Assembly: GCA_040285825.1 (NCBI GenBank)
Contig: JAUPSS010000011.1
Location: 620,001 to 684,000 of the forward strand
Reading direction: 5' to 3'
Length of the DNA: 64,000 bases
From: Eukaryota sp. TZLM1-RC
Taxonomy: Eukaryota; Protista; Metamonada: BaSk clade
Shown here: piece after piece, positions 10,579 through 22,552 of the stretch
Layout: every line of letters starts with the position of its first letter
Position numbering within the stretch: the stretch's first letter is position 1
The notes under the pieces: model-generated
Told to the model about the DNA's origin: nothing
The model's input: the letters and a program-made list of their open reading frames with translations, nothing else
The model's database searches: none
Position numbers and translations under genes: made by a program

Positions 10579-11813
10579 CTCTGATTTTCAATTGACACTG
10601 TGTTTTCACTGTTGTGCGAGTTCTTTGACGAGAACCTTCGGGTAAAGGTTTGTAAGATCCAGAAGGTGAACATACAACATAAACAAAACCGTATTGTATA
10701 TCATTTTTGTATCATTTCATAAATTTCTTTCTTATTAACTCTATTTACACGCACTTCAAATACCGTTTTTGATAGACCTCTCTGCCATTTGAAGAATGGA
10801 AGGCAGTTTGTGAGGTTGTTGAAGTACTCTCAATGACCTTTGCTGGGTTTCGATGCAAATTATGTGATTTATCCAGAAAGGAACTGGTCCGATTCTAAAG
10901 TGGTATATACTAAAAAAAAGATTCAGATTGAGAAGTGAGTGAGCCAAGGACAATGTTGTTGTCAAGCAGCATGTGAGAAAGTGTAAAACTCCATCAAGGA
11001 AGTATTTTGAATGGATAAGACCCAATATCGTGGAAGTCGAAGGAGACAACTTGGAAGTTTTTAGAGGAGGAACTTGGCAGCAACGAAAAGAACGAGGAGG
11101 AAATTATAGTTCTGTGAAATTCTTATGAATCATGTCTGTTGGTTGACCGCCTTGCCATCGTGATTGCTTTTCAGCTCAGTTATTAACCTTTCCTTTTCAA
11201 TCAAATCATTTTCAAGTTCGGAAAGCTGCAGACTCTGAGATTGAGTAGTTTCATTTAATTTAGATACTTCACACTCAAGTTGCTGGTTTAGTGATTGAAC
11301 ACTGCTCATTTCTTGGTTAAGTTGTGATATGTGCGCATCATGAGAGTGTAGAGACGACAGAGCAAGGGAAAGAGAGGACTGTAGTTGAGATTCAATTGAA
11401 ACCTACGCATTTGAAACCTTCTGGAGTGTGTCTGGAGCGAAAAATACATCACTTACTTGTGGAAGAGGAAGATTATGTGATTTGCAGTAGTTTTGATAAG
11501 TAGTGATTGTGTGTTTAAGCTGAATCACCTTGGTTTGTAAAGAATTGAGTTTAGACATCGGCTAATAACACAAAACGTCAAACAGTGGTAACCTGTTGAG
11601 ATTGATGGAGGACGTGGATAAAATGAACTGAGATGCTGAACTACTCAGTTGGAGAATTCTTACAAAGTAAATGGAAAGTGTGGGAAAGTGTGGGAATAGT
11701 GAAAACCTCCCAAAACCAAGTTGAGGGTTAAAAACCTCCCAGAATAGGCAACCAGAAGTCGAAAATGGGTGACAAGTGTAAAATTTGATAGATGAGCTCT
11801 TTATTCTCACTAC

Positions 11814-13769
11814 ATGTCAGACACCCCCTCTGTATCACGTGTATTCACTCGGTCTTGTGCACTTAACTCGCTGCTGACCCCTGCAGCGGTGCAACAAATT
11901 CGGACTGACCTTCCAGTGGTCACCGAGATTTGTCATGAAGCTTCTTTATTACTTCAATCTTTTCTTCTAAATTTTCCGTTGGCATCAAGAGCTTTAGTGG
12001 AACAGGATGTATGGTATCTGTTTATGACCGTCATCACCACTGGTTCTTTTCCAAAGCCTTCCACATCTAAAGGCCAACGCCAATTACTCCATATCTTTTA
12101 CAATGGATTTCTTCCTGAATGCCCACAAGACAGGTCTCTTGTTTCTGTGTGGGAAAATTCTTTAGTGCCTTACAGAAATTCATTCAATCTTTTCCTCAAT
12201 GATTGGCTGCAGTCCCAGAACTGTAATTTTATCAATAGAAAAGGGCTTTCTTCTTATCTTGCCTGTCGTGCTCGTCAATTGGCCTCCAACGTTAAGACAT
12301 GTTTACCCAAAATTTGTCAATCCTGGACAAAAAACTTTATTCGTGCTCATTGTAGAGCCCTGAATAAAACAAATGTCTTTGCAAATAATATTCTTTCACT
12401 TTTGCCAGATGAACTACTAGCCCAACCCGAGGAAGTAGTAGTTGATTCTGTTCTTGAATACCTCATCAATTTCAATTTGAATAATTCAAGAGAAAGATTT
12501 TTTTTATTGAATGCATGTAGGTTTATCTTGAATCTCTTTCAAAGATTTCCTACCACTGCCTCCCTACTGTCCTCACATGATAAAATCACTTTTCATCAAA
12601 GGAAATTAGTGAGCTTTTTCTCTTCAATCTTAAAATTTCACAATACTTACTCACTTTCTTTTCTCATATGCATTGCTGGAAGAAATTTAGAATAATACCT
12701 TTAGCTTCCCATAAAGGTTCTAAATTTATTGAGGTACCTTCACAAATTTTCCACTCTGTGAAAAAATTTCCAATTATTGAAGGATCATCTTCCAAAACAA
12801 AGTTCATCAAAAATACATGTCTGAAACGAATATTCAAACAATGTCCTTACCAAAAATTCAATATCAACAGAAAAAGTTTGAAAAATAGATTTAACAAAAT
12901 TTTATTGAAAACTAATGGTAATGAACTGCTTTTGACCTTTGAAGGTAAAAATAATGACTCAGAAAACACAGATGAGCTGGATGAACCACCGAAAAAGAAA
13001 AGAAGATCAAGAAATGAAATGAAAAGTGACCCTAATGCCAACAAAACCAGAGAAACACAGTTGAAGGGTACTAAAAAAATGCCCCGTCGAAGACGTAGAC
13101 ATCCAGTCGAAATTTTACCTGAAAGGCCCCTTATCGGCGTTGATCTTGGCCAATCAAGATTATGTGGTTACTTCTTAAATGACAATCAATGTGGAGTTAT
13201 CCCTTGTCCAACTGGCAGGAGGTACAGGACAAAACCTTCACCCAGTAAACACTCTCCCAACCAATATTCCGTTCAAAATTTCAACCAATATTTGAACCAT
13301 TGGAATTTGGTCAGGAGGAAAGTGTATTTGGAAAGTAATCGCCAGAAATGGAAAATAATTAAATTTGATAACCGCAGACGAAAAGAGAGACGGTTCAGAG
13401 AGACTCTCAACAAATTTCAAAGGCTGGCTGGACATCCTGAAAAACTCTATCTTGCTGTGGGTTCTGCTAATTTCCCTTCTCATTGCCGAAAAGTCAATCG
13501 ATATGGATCAGCAAGGGCTTTCAGAAAATGGTTGTGTTATCAAAAGGACGTGAAGCACTTGTCAACCAGTGAATTTAATACAAGCAAAATGTCAAGTTGT
13601 TGCATGGCCGAGAATATTCAAGCAGGCTCATGGCAGATGCGTATTTGTACTGAGTGTCAAATAGTATATGACAGAGATATTTCCGCTGCAAAAAAATATT
13701 CAAATTAAGAAGAAAGCGGAATTGTGGCCGGAAAGATACATTTGCCCAGATGCTCTGCTGAGGAGATGA
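11814..13769 (+). pseudogene. Fanzor-like RuvC nuclease (family B paralogue), split by two indels (possibly sequencing errors)
   Basis: ORFs 11814-12695 and 12668-13708. IGVDLG, SEFNTS, SCC..CTEC, YDRDISAA. Removing one A in the run at ~13690 extends the frame to ..WPERYICPDALLRR* at 13769, resembling the 637-aa copy's C-terminus. Confidence 0.8.
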
Positions 13770-14120
13770 ATAGGGAACGTGAGCATACAGAAACAAAAAC
13801 TTTTGAGACCGATCTACAAATACCTTAGTAGCATTTGGTAGATCCACTTAGATACATCAAGTCGCGAGGCTTTGTTCTGTGAATGCAGTAGGTGTATTTA
13901 AGTGAGGTAGCCCATTGATGAAGATCATGATTGTCTTTGTCAAATGATGCTACATGTCTCTTACAGCCTGTGAGTAGACATTGAGAAAGTTGAAAACAGG
14001 AGTGAATTTCACAGGGGAATGCATGATAAGTGAAATTCACAGTATGAATCATGATTATCCACAGGTGGTGCTCACTAGCGCATGTTATTTGTTCAGTTTT
14101 TTGTAGTTATTAGTGAGTTG
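13770..14120 (+). ncRNA. Highly structured candidate omega-RNA downstream of the family-B Fanzor
   Basis: Consecutive stems: GATCTAC/GTAGATC (13811-13844), 14-bp CACTTAGATACATC/GGTGTATTTAAGTG (13845-13904), ATGTCT..AGACAT (13954-13981), perfect 11-bp GTGAATTTCAC/GTGAAATTCAC (14002-14040), CTCACTA/TAGTGAG. Confidence 0.6.
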
Positions 14121-14319
14121 TTACAATAATAAAGTCCTACATTATCTACAAGTGTTGATTAGTAATGGCTTGACCAATAGAAAAAGGCGTTGTATACGTT
14201 TACTGAGAAGTTTGAACTTTATGATTTATATTTCTAATGTAAAGTGAAAGTACTTGACAACTTTAGTGAAGCCTGTTCTTTCAATTTAGTTTTGATTCAT
14301 TGCTCTTTCAAAATACTAT

Positions 14320-15291
14320 ATGGATGTCAGTCAAACATCTTTTGATGCAGCCAGTGCCAAATTGTCAGCTTCCACTGTAGGCTACTTTCCAGATCCTTAT
14401 CTACCACATCTTGTTCCCACAGATAAACGTAGACGCTACGATCCGGTTATGCATCGTGGTTATTATTTACGTGTACACTTGGTTCGTTATTGTATTGATC
14501 AGTTTATTCAAAGATATCCTCAACACAAAATACAAATCGTTAATGTTGGATGTGGAGTAGATTCTCTGTTTCTTCATTATCTATTAGACCCATCATTCTC
14601 AAACTTAACTTGGCTAGAATTAGACTTGCCTTCAATTGTCAAGGAGAAATGCACATCCATAATTAAGCACTGGAAGAATGAACTACAATTGGTTAAATCA
14701 CGGAGTGTTTATGGAAGAGAGCTTCATGGACCTCGTTATCATTTAATCTCTGGAGATATTACTGCTAGTGAAAGCTTGACACACTGCCTGTCTTTTATAG
14801 ATCATCAGCAACCAACGTTGTTTCTTTTCGAATGCGTAGTCACATACCTTGATCCAGATAATATGAATGATAGTTTATCCAAGATTAGTGAACAATTCCA
14901 GAAATGCTATTGTTTTCTCTATGACCCATTCAGATCACATACTACCTTTGGGACTATCATGTTAAGAAATATTTCTGCAAGAGTGTCTTCATCATGTCCT
15001 TCATTGCAAAGATACAAGACACTGGTTGATTTCAAACAACGAATGTGCAATGTAGGTTTCAAGTGGGTAGTAGCAGGAGATCTCTTAACTATGGAGAAAT
15101 CAGTTGTAGATGAGAAAGAGATTGCTCGACTTTTGAAGCTTGAACCGTTCGCTGAAGTCGAAGAGTATCAAATGTTACTTTCTCACTATTGTGTAATAGT
15201 GGCAGGTAACGACTTGGACAATGGGCTCATAACATTTGGATTGGAACAAGTGTCCCTAATGGATGATAAGCCTGGATACAGCATTTGTTGA
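14320..15291 (+). CDS. LCMT1: Leucine carboxyl methyltransferase 1 (PP2A methyltransferase, PPM1)
   Basis: AKLSA..GYFPDPY, MHRGYYLR, IVNVGCGVD, ELD, FECVVTYL, LEPFAEVEE..HY motifs. Confidence 0.9.
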   Translation: MDVSQTSFDAASAKLSASTVGYFPDPYLPHLVPTDKRRRYDPVMHRGYYLRVHLVRYCIDQFIQRYPQHKIQIVNVGCGVDSLFLHYLLDPSFSNLTWLELDLPSIVKEKCTSIIKHWKNELQLVKSRSVYGRELHGPRYHLISGDITASESLTHCLSFIDHQQPTLFLFECVVTYLDPDNMNDSLSKISEQFQKCYCFLYDPFRSHTTFGTIMLRNISARVSSSCPSLQRYKTLVDFKQRMCNVGFKWVVAGDLLTMEKSVVDEKEIARLLKLEPFAEVEEYQMLLSHYCVIVAGNDLDNGLITFGLEQVSLMDDKPGYSIC

Positions 15292-15327
15292 TTTATAATA
15301 AACAATAAAAAACAGTATGGTCTATTA

Positions 15328-15936
15328 TTATACAATATTTCTAAGTGCAACAGCAGATTTGACTGCTTCAACCTTATGTCTCTGAGACCTATAAACCAAA
15401 AAACAAGAAATCAAAGAAAGAAGAGAGATCACAAACCACATACAAGACTCTGAAATAGTAGTAAACCTCCAAAAGAAAGACATGTCAGACATTTTGGCCG
15501 TCTCCCAATTGGAAATACCCTGGAAGTTTCTATGGTCGGAGATAGCTGCAATGTAGTAGAACACATTCATGGAGAGTTGAAGGAGTATGTATTTGAAGCC
15601 CCTGGAAGGACAACCAAAGCCAAGAGCTCTAAAACCAGAAAAGAACACATACAGAGCGAGAGATGAGATCATAACAAACACTGAGATAAGTAAGCGAATT
15701 GACATACTAAAGAAAGAGTTGACTGCACCTGTCCACGAAATATCACTGCCAAAAAGAAGAACAAAATTGCTAAAGAAATTAAAGATAAGGGCGATAAGGG
15801 TTGCAATGAAAGTCCAGTGCGAAAAGCGGGCTGCAATTCGTCGGCCCTCGTCTAATTCATCTATATTAACATGTACTATACGGAGACCAGGAGGATAGTT
15901 GAAATCATGCCAGTTGATTTGCTTTCGAGGGTTCAT
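15328..15936 (-). CDS. SCAMP-like four-transmembrane protein
   Basis: N-terminal FNYPP..IVHVNI resembles the SCAMP NWPP motif; four hydrophobic segments. Confidence 0.6.
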   Translation of the reverse strand: MNPRKQINWHDFNYPPGLRIVHVNIDELDEGRRIAARFSHWTFIATLIALIFNFFSNFVLLFGSDISWTGAVNSFFSMSIRLLISVFVMISSLALYVFFSGFRALGFGCPSRGFKYILLQLSMNVFYYIAAISDHRNFQGISNWETAKMSDMSFFWRFTTISESCMWFVISLLSLISCFLVYRSQRHKVEAVKSAVALRNIV

Positions 15937-16204
15937 TTATTAGATACTGTCTATAATAATGAGGTGTTCTTAGAGGGATTGAGTTGTTCAGAAGCGGAAG
16001 ATTTTCGCATTAATTCATTCATTTAAACCTCCAACAACCTTGGCTCTCTGTAGGTATACTGGTCTATCTCCGCCATTTACGTGAGCCTCCATCACTACAA
16101 ACATATTCAGCGAAGCATTTCGATCTCTATTCCACATATTTTCGCATGATTTACACATAATAAGCCCGTGACGAATAGACATCTTATGCCTCTTCCATGG
16201 CCTT
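15937..16204 (-). pseudogene. Fanzor (family A) 3' fragment plus conserved end (copy A2); abuts the SCAMP-like ATG
   Basis: RPWKRHKMSIRHGLIMCKSC..WNRDRNASLNM..GGDRPVYLQRAKV is nearly identical to 3748-4020; ends ..CATTATTATAGACAGTATCTAATAA|ATG. Confidence 0.88.
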
Positions 16205-17589
16205 GTAGTGCTTTTAATGGCACGGAAGAAAACATCTGTGGTCCTTGTACGGATTACCACTAAGGACGCCAAAGTCCTTGAGGTCCTTCAAAATTCAATT
16301 TTATTAACAAAGATGAGACTAGATTCAGTGTATTGAATACATATATAATCTGAAATTTTTTAGAGAGTCTTATAACCACTTCTTCTGTCTCGTTACATCT
16401 AAATGCAAAATAATTGTGTATATCATTTAGGCCTTCTGAATCATTGAGCCAAAGAATACCAACATCATTCATTACATTCAATACCATATTGGCGTCAATT
16501 ATGGTTGAAATATTTACGACTCTGAATACAGTATTTTTTTTAAAAAATGAGCCAATCAAAAGTTTAGTGAATTCATCAGAATAATCAAGAAAATCCACCA
16601 AAAGATGTGTTACCAATAAAAAACCTATAACTTTCAGGTTTGCAAACTCTATTTTTGAACCTATAATATTCGGACATTTTCAACAACAACAGTAGAATTT
16701 CCGTCAAGATTGAAATCTCCGTAATTGGCCAATTGGCATTCTGGGAAAGTCATACAGTTAAACAGAGTGGAAAAATATACCCAAAGTAGAATGAGCAATT
16801 GTTTAAACAGATTCTCTAAAGCACAATAGAACCGACAACCCGTGATTATTGAAAGTGGATTAATATTATAATAATATATCAGAACTGATAGATTCACTTA
16901 CAATTACTTACTATGAAATAAACCATTACTAGAATAGAAGCAAGATCTATAAATTGAGAATCAAGAAAATAAATTCCAAGGAAATCAAGTTGCCACATAT
17001 TTTGAGGGTTTTCACAATTTCGAAATTAAAGTTTTCCTGAAATAATTTTGAAAAATGTATGTTGGGAATCAAAAGTTTCAATAACAAATTTCCAAGTAAT
17101 CAACAACTGAATACTTACTAATTAAAGTATTTATTCTTATGGACCAATGAATAGTCAATTCAAAACATCCAAACCAAGAGCAGTATTATCATCATGTATT
17201 TCAAAAATATCTGTTGCTAAATCAGATAGATTGTGTCAAATCATCAGTGATAAACAGTATTGAAGGCCTTGTAAAATGATTCATTTGCTCATGAATGGCA
17301 GAATGGTAAGGTCATGAAACCATCAGCGTTGCCTCATAATGCTCTGAATCCATGTCCACAGCAGTTGAATAATAGAATCAATAATTAAAACAATGTCACA
17401 TAATCAAACCGATCAACATCAAATACTGGTGGGTATAGATGCAATTTTGAGAAACAACGTATAGTTTTGAAATAACTTAAACTTTCAAACCGGATTTCTT
17501 ATCAGAACAATACTTATTATTCTCATTGCCATATGGGAAATTCCCAAAAATATACGATCAATTTTCGTGTGGAATAATTACAAAAACTA

Positions 17590-20500
17590 TCAACTACACA
17601 GATACTGAGGCCTTTCATTACCACTCATTCTGGCTTCAGCAATTGCAAACATATTCAGACAAGCCAGCCTATTTCTATTGAAAAGCTTTGTTCAGCCCTT
17701 GTTACCGAGTTTACAACTCTCACTGTTACAAGCTAATAAACCATGACATGTAGTAACAGGAGTCTTTTCTCTTCTATAGAATCTGGGATTTGTTACTCTC
17801 AAAAACGTAGTAACCTTTTCAAAACAAACAGGACATTTTGCTGAAGTAAAAGCTTCATTAATCATCAATACTTCAAATCCATTCCTTTTCAGAAATTGAA
17901 TCCATCCAATTCCACGAGTAGGCCTTTGATGTTTTAAATTCTTGGAACCTTTTTTACTATAATCACCCATTAGAATTAAAGTGTCTTTTGGATTGCATAA
18001 CTGCTGGACAAGGTTTTTTAACAACCAACTTTCAGTCTTTTGCTTGTGAATGAAAGCTTGCATTTTATGAGTGCTCCACAAGCCAAAACTGTAAAAGTCA
18101 ATTGTCAAAAAACTTGCCGAAGTTTGGCAACCACAAAGTTGGAAAAATCTATAAAAGTTGCTGAATTGGCAGCAAACGTGAATAATTCGGTGTTGGCATC
18201 TTCAATTGTCATTTCGTTAGACTCTATCATTTGGTTCCTATCGGAACCTACCTCAGTATACTTTGTCGACCATCGTTTCTGTTTTTCATTCATCCTACTT
18301 TTCAAAGACCAGGACATCTGAGTCATTCTCAACCATTTGTACTTCTTGTCTTGATTCATCACCCGACTATTTCTTTGCTGTTCAGTTTCATGTTCAGGCA
18401 CCATGGCTAGTTCTTCATCAGTCTTTTTGCTGCCAAAATACAATAAGTCACGTTTTCCAGGATCACAAACAACAATTCGTTTGTCTTGAAAAGCATCAAC
18501 ATCAACATCATGAATATATAAATCAGAAATACTAGCCTTGTTGTCTGGCTTACATTTCTGACCTTGTAAATCCCGACGAACAAATTCTACTGCAATATTA
18601 AATCCATCTGTGTGTATAATGTTGTTGAATTTATAGCTCTTCTGTTTGAACATTGGTTGATTTAAATCGAGAATATTAGACCAAAAGTCAAATTGCTCAG
18701 GTGGTTTCAATTTCGTAATTTGGGCTAATGTATTGGACATTTTCAGCGTCTGTGTAGATGATAAATCATCAATACATGTTTGTCTAATAATTCTCCATAT
18801 TGTTCTTGTATCAATGGGAAAATATCCAGGGCCTACAGTGGTTGAAACAGGAGAAATATGATACGGTTTCTTCTCTTTCTACTGGAGATATATTGGGCAA
18901 TTGTAATTGCTGGTTTTAGGAATATTTGCGGATCTTTATCAACAGCGTCTGCAAGAAAATGATTATCCACTGGAAATATATTATCAACTAAATTCTCGTC
19001 AATGACCAAATTCTCAATTTGGCAAGTAAAAGGCTCAATAAGACCTTCAAATATGTCTCTAAGTTCATTATTTGTTATATCATGTTGTTCACATAAATCG
19101 AAAAGTTCATCATTCAGAAGGACTCTGAAATATTTTCAGGATGATGAAACAAAGAACTCAAGGAATCTCTATCATCAACTAAAAACAAGTTTTTGAATTG
19201 ACGAAGCCTAAATCTATATAGTGAAATAATTGTAGATAATCGCGTTGAGTATCCACCCAGCTTGTGCATTTCTGCTAACACACTTTCCACATCTACTTTG
19301 TCAAAGTAAACATTAATAAATCGATTGATTTGTTTTTCATAATTTAGTTTCAAATTATTCTCAAAATTGGCAAACATTACCGGGGCCATATACTGAGGTG
19401 GTCTACTGAAGCCATCAGTTGGAAATCGTGGAAAAAACTCAGGCCTTTATCTCAAATGGCCTACATAACTTATGGTTTTGTTCAACTTTTGTTGTTCAAA
19501 GGTGGTCGATAATCTATAATCTTCTTCACCATAATCAAAGTTTTCAAAATCCTCTGGAAGTACACTTTTTGGTTTCATCATTTCTTGCCCATAATACTCA
19601 GCTGAAATATAACAAATTCTGGCCATTAATGATTCATATAATTGGGCAGATATTCGTGGTAATGACAAATTACGTTCAAAACAAGACTGTAAATACAGCT
19701 TTAAGCAACATGTGATGTGAATACGTAACTGTTGAAATTTTAAAGCAGTTTCTCTCAATTTGAGTACCACATTTGAATGTTTGACCATTGAGTTGACGGT
19801 TGCTCGAATGGTTTTATAAGATGATAAAATAAATTTGTCTTTCTGAAACAGCCCAAAAAGTTTCAGACAAAGGATACAATCATGAAGCCCATATTGAATC
19901 GAATTTCGTATAAGAGGAGAAGTAGCTAAACAATCAATTGGCAAAATATGGGAAAATTCTTGATGAAGTTTGATTTTCTTTTCATTTATCATTTTATATG
20001 CCAGATTGCCTAATCCATGTCGTTAGGGTATTTTTATGAATTTTTTGGCAAAAACCAAAGTATCTAAAAGAACAAAGCTATTTTCCCTGATGACAACTTC
20101 TCTCCATCTCGGTGAAAGTTGATTGAGTACATCAATTGCTGTATCATCTGGAACAGTGGGAAATGGTAAATCAAAATAATTTAATCTATTTTTTAAAACC
20201 TATAAATCAAACTGCATTAAGTTTTGATTAAGAAAACAATGGGGTTGATAATTACCAATAATGTTTAAAAACCTACGAAGCAAGGCTTTTTCGTCAGAGA
20301 AAATTTCTGCCTGAACATCCATATCAATGTCTGGTAATGTAATTTGAGGACTCATCCTCAACATAAGTGAATATTTACTCTCCAAAAAGAAATTATGGCG
20401 ATCAAATTTACCAATAACAATCGAAATTAAAAAAACTTTTTGATCAGAAATTTGCTCACCCATTTGCTCATCAGTTTTCTTTTTCAAAAGATTTGCACCC

Positions 20501-21140
20501 ACTTTTCTCCTTTTGTCGGTTAATCTCGTCAGGAGGGAGAAATTGGCCATCTTGACTTTGATAAAGATGACCATCCTGATAGGTTTCAAGATCAAAGCAC
20601 ATAACAGTGGGAAAATTTTCATTTGAGGTCATTCATTTGAATTGAATCAAAGGATTAGGCTTGAATCCACTAAGACTTGGCTCAGTTTTTCCAACCATAC
20701 TCGGTTTCCATGGTTTGTTTGTCAAAATCTTCCTGTTCTCGATATTCAACATTGTATTCTCAATACAAATTTCTCGGTTCAGTGCTTTTTGTTGTTTTTT
20801 AGCTTACGCTTTGATGTTTGTTGGTCAAAAATCGCATTTCTAATATTTTTTTATGGAGGAGTTGATTTATAATTAGATCTTCTCTTTCTGGGACCAGGAT
20901 TTGCTTCAACATCTCCATACATTGTTAAATCAACAGTAAATGGGTTTGTTGATAGAAGATGTTGGCAGCTAATGGATTGAAAAGATAAATTATAAACATA
21001 ATTATCAAACTCAACATTATCAAAATAACAATTTTAGACACAACATCCCACATCTAAAGTGTAAGAATCTAAACCACAAAAATGAACAAACTCAAAAACA
21101 TCAAAATAACAATATAAAACAAAACATATTTAGAAGAAGC
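17590..21140 (-). pseudogene. Decayed polyprotein: leader - 2A - PolB-type DEDDy 3'-5' exonuclease - Fanzor (family D)
   Basis: Manual translation gives GDVEANPGP (20890-20916); ExoI CFDLET (~20582-20600); ExoII DEKALLRRFLNII..P..LNQNLMQFDL*VLKNR; ExoIII YGLHDCILCLKL running in frame into the Fanzor N-terminus YKTIRATV..LKLYL; RuvC-I VCDPGKRDL; GDYS..NEAFTSAKCPVC; HGLLAC..FNRNRLACLNM..ERPQYL*. Confidence 0.72.
20890..20916 (-). other. 2A ribosome-skipping (StopGo) motif
   Basis: Minus strand reads D-L-T-M-Y-G-D-V-E-A-N-P-G-P, an exact fit to the D(V/I)ExNPGP consensus. Confidence 0.75.
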
Positions 21141-22009
21141 ATCTCACATCTTGGCTCTGACCTTCCGTTTATTCCTGTAAATCAGGATGACTGTTCCCGA
21201 CTGAGGAGTTCGGGAAGAAGTACTCTGCTGTTCTTTGAAGAACAGGTTGAAGGAGGAGGTGCGAACTGAGTCCGTAACCTCGTTATCCTTTTTCTCGTTT
21301 TGCTGCATGATGTTAAAAAGAATGGGAAGAGTCAAGATAATCTCTCTGTCTGACACGATGTCTGATATGCTGATTGCAATTTCAAATTGATTGCTAATTT
21401 CCACTATGGTATCAAATGCCTATCCAATGTATCTCTAGTGGTCATCAGCATCAGCTCGTTACCCTCTAGCTCTTCTGGTCGTTGTTACTCCGTCTAAACT
21501 CTATGTTTTTTCCCAGTTTCCTTCTCCTTCCTTTACCTCTTGTTGTCTTCCCATTCAGCTATCTCAACAATTCTCCCTTCCCCTCTCCCTCTGTGTTTTG
21601 AGGGGACCTAAACAATTGCTTGTTTGGCCCAGAATCAACAAAATTCATAAGTGAGTAGATGGTCTATTGATTTCAGACGTCTCAAATTTACATGGACCAC
21701 AATGAGGTTGAGTCCCCACACCTGGACTTAGTTGGATGTTTCACTTACAAAATCAGAGAACATAACAGAGACTGATCATCTATCTGATTGGAGAGACAGT
21801 AGGTGAGTAACCCTTTCAATTTTCAGCAAAAGAAGTTGAATAGTTTTAAGTTTTTGGTTCAAAACTCCAGTTTTTGGAAAACCAGTAATTTCTCCAATGA
21901 TATTGATAACTATGTGAGTAAAAATTAAATCATTATAAGAAAAAGGAATCCAAATGTCTACTGTCAATCAACTTCCTCAATTTAGAGCTCTGTGAAGTAG
22001 GACAACATA

Positions 22010-22300
22010 GGATCAAAGAATTTGACCAAAGCTGCATTCATTGGTGGAAAAATTTTGATTTTGAATTTTGTAGAAGATATCCTTTTGCCAAAAATCTTCT
22101 TGAAACAACAAAGTCTATTCATGGATAACTGATTTGGTTCACCAGTGATGGTTATCTTGATGTATCCTCAATTCTCTTTGTTTAAATAAATACATCACAA
22201 ATTTCCATCTATCTTTGACATCGATTGCTGATTGTTTAAAGTTACACATAATTTTATGCTTCGAATAAACAGTTTGAAAATTACACTGAAATTGGCAAAT
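22010..22300 (+). pseudogene. Old diverged relic of a CRE-like non-LTR element
   Basis: Translates to LTKAAFIGG.KNF..EF..RYP, resembling LCKAAFIGSGKNFIYEFVNRFP of the young copies. Confidence 0.5.
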
Positions 22301-22552
22301 GCTGATAGGATTTGTTCACGTATTAATTTGTCAGGACGTGCCTCCTGAAAACTGTAAATTTGTAAATTATCAATTCAGATAAAAAACAAATTCTCATATT
22401 CAAAGTTCAAGCAGAATCAGTTAAGAGAGTGCCATAAACTTGAGGATTTGTTGTTACTAAGGCAGAAGAAGTACTATCACACATATCTTGTAAAAGATTT
22501 GCAAAAGCGGGATTCTTTTACCATTCTTCTTACATTCCATTCTTCTTCCATT

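Noticed and set aside
16260-16897. 118-aa and 78-aa ORFs between Fanzor A2 and D
   Set aside because: Non-ATG starts and no motifs; probably debris.
20023-20202. In-frame TAA/TAG suggesting stop-to-Gln genetic code reassignment
   Set aside because: Intact host genes terminate at TAA, TAG and TGA and have no internal stops; these are pseudogene lesions.
21720-21760. Degenerate second 2A-like string (NIQLSPG) on the minus strand
   Set aside because: Lacks the D, E, N and final P of the consensus, and there is no supporting ORF.
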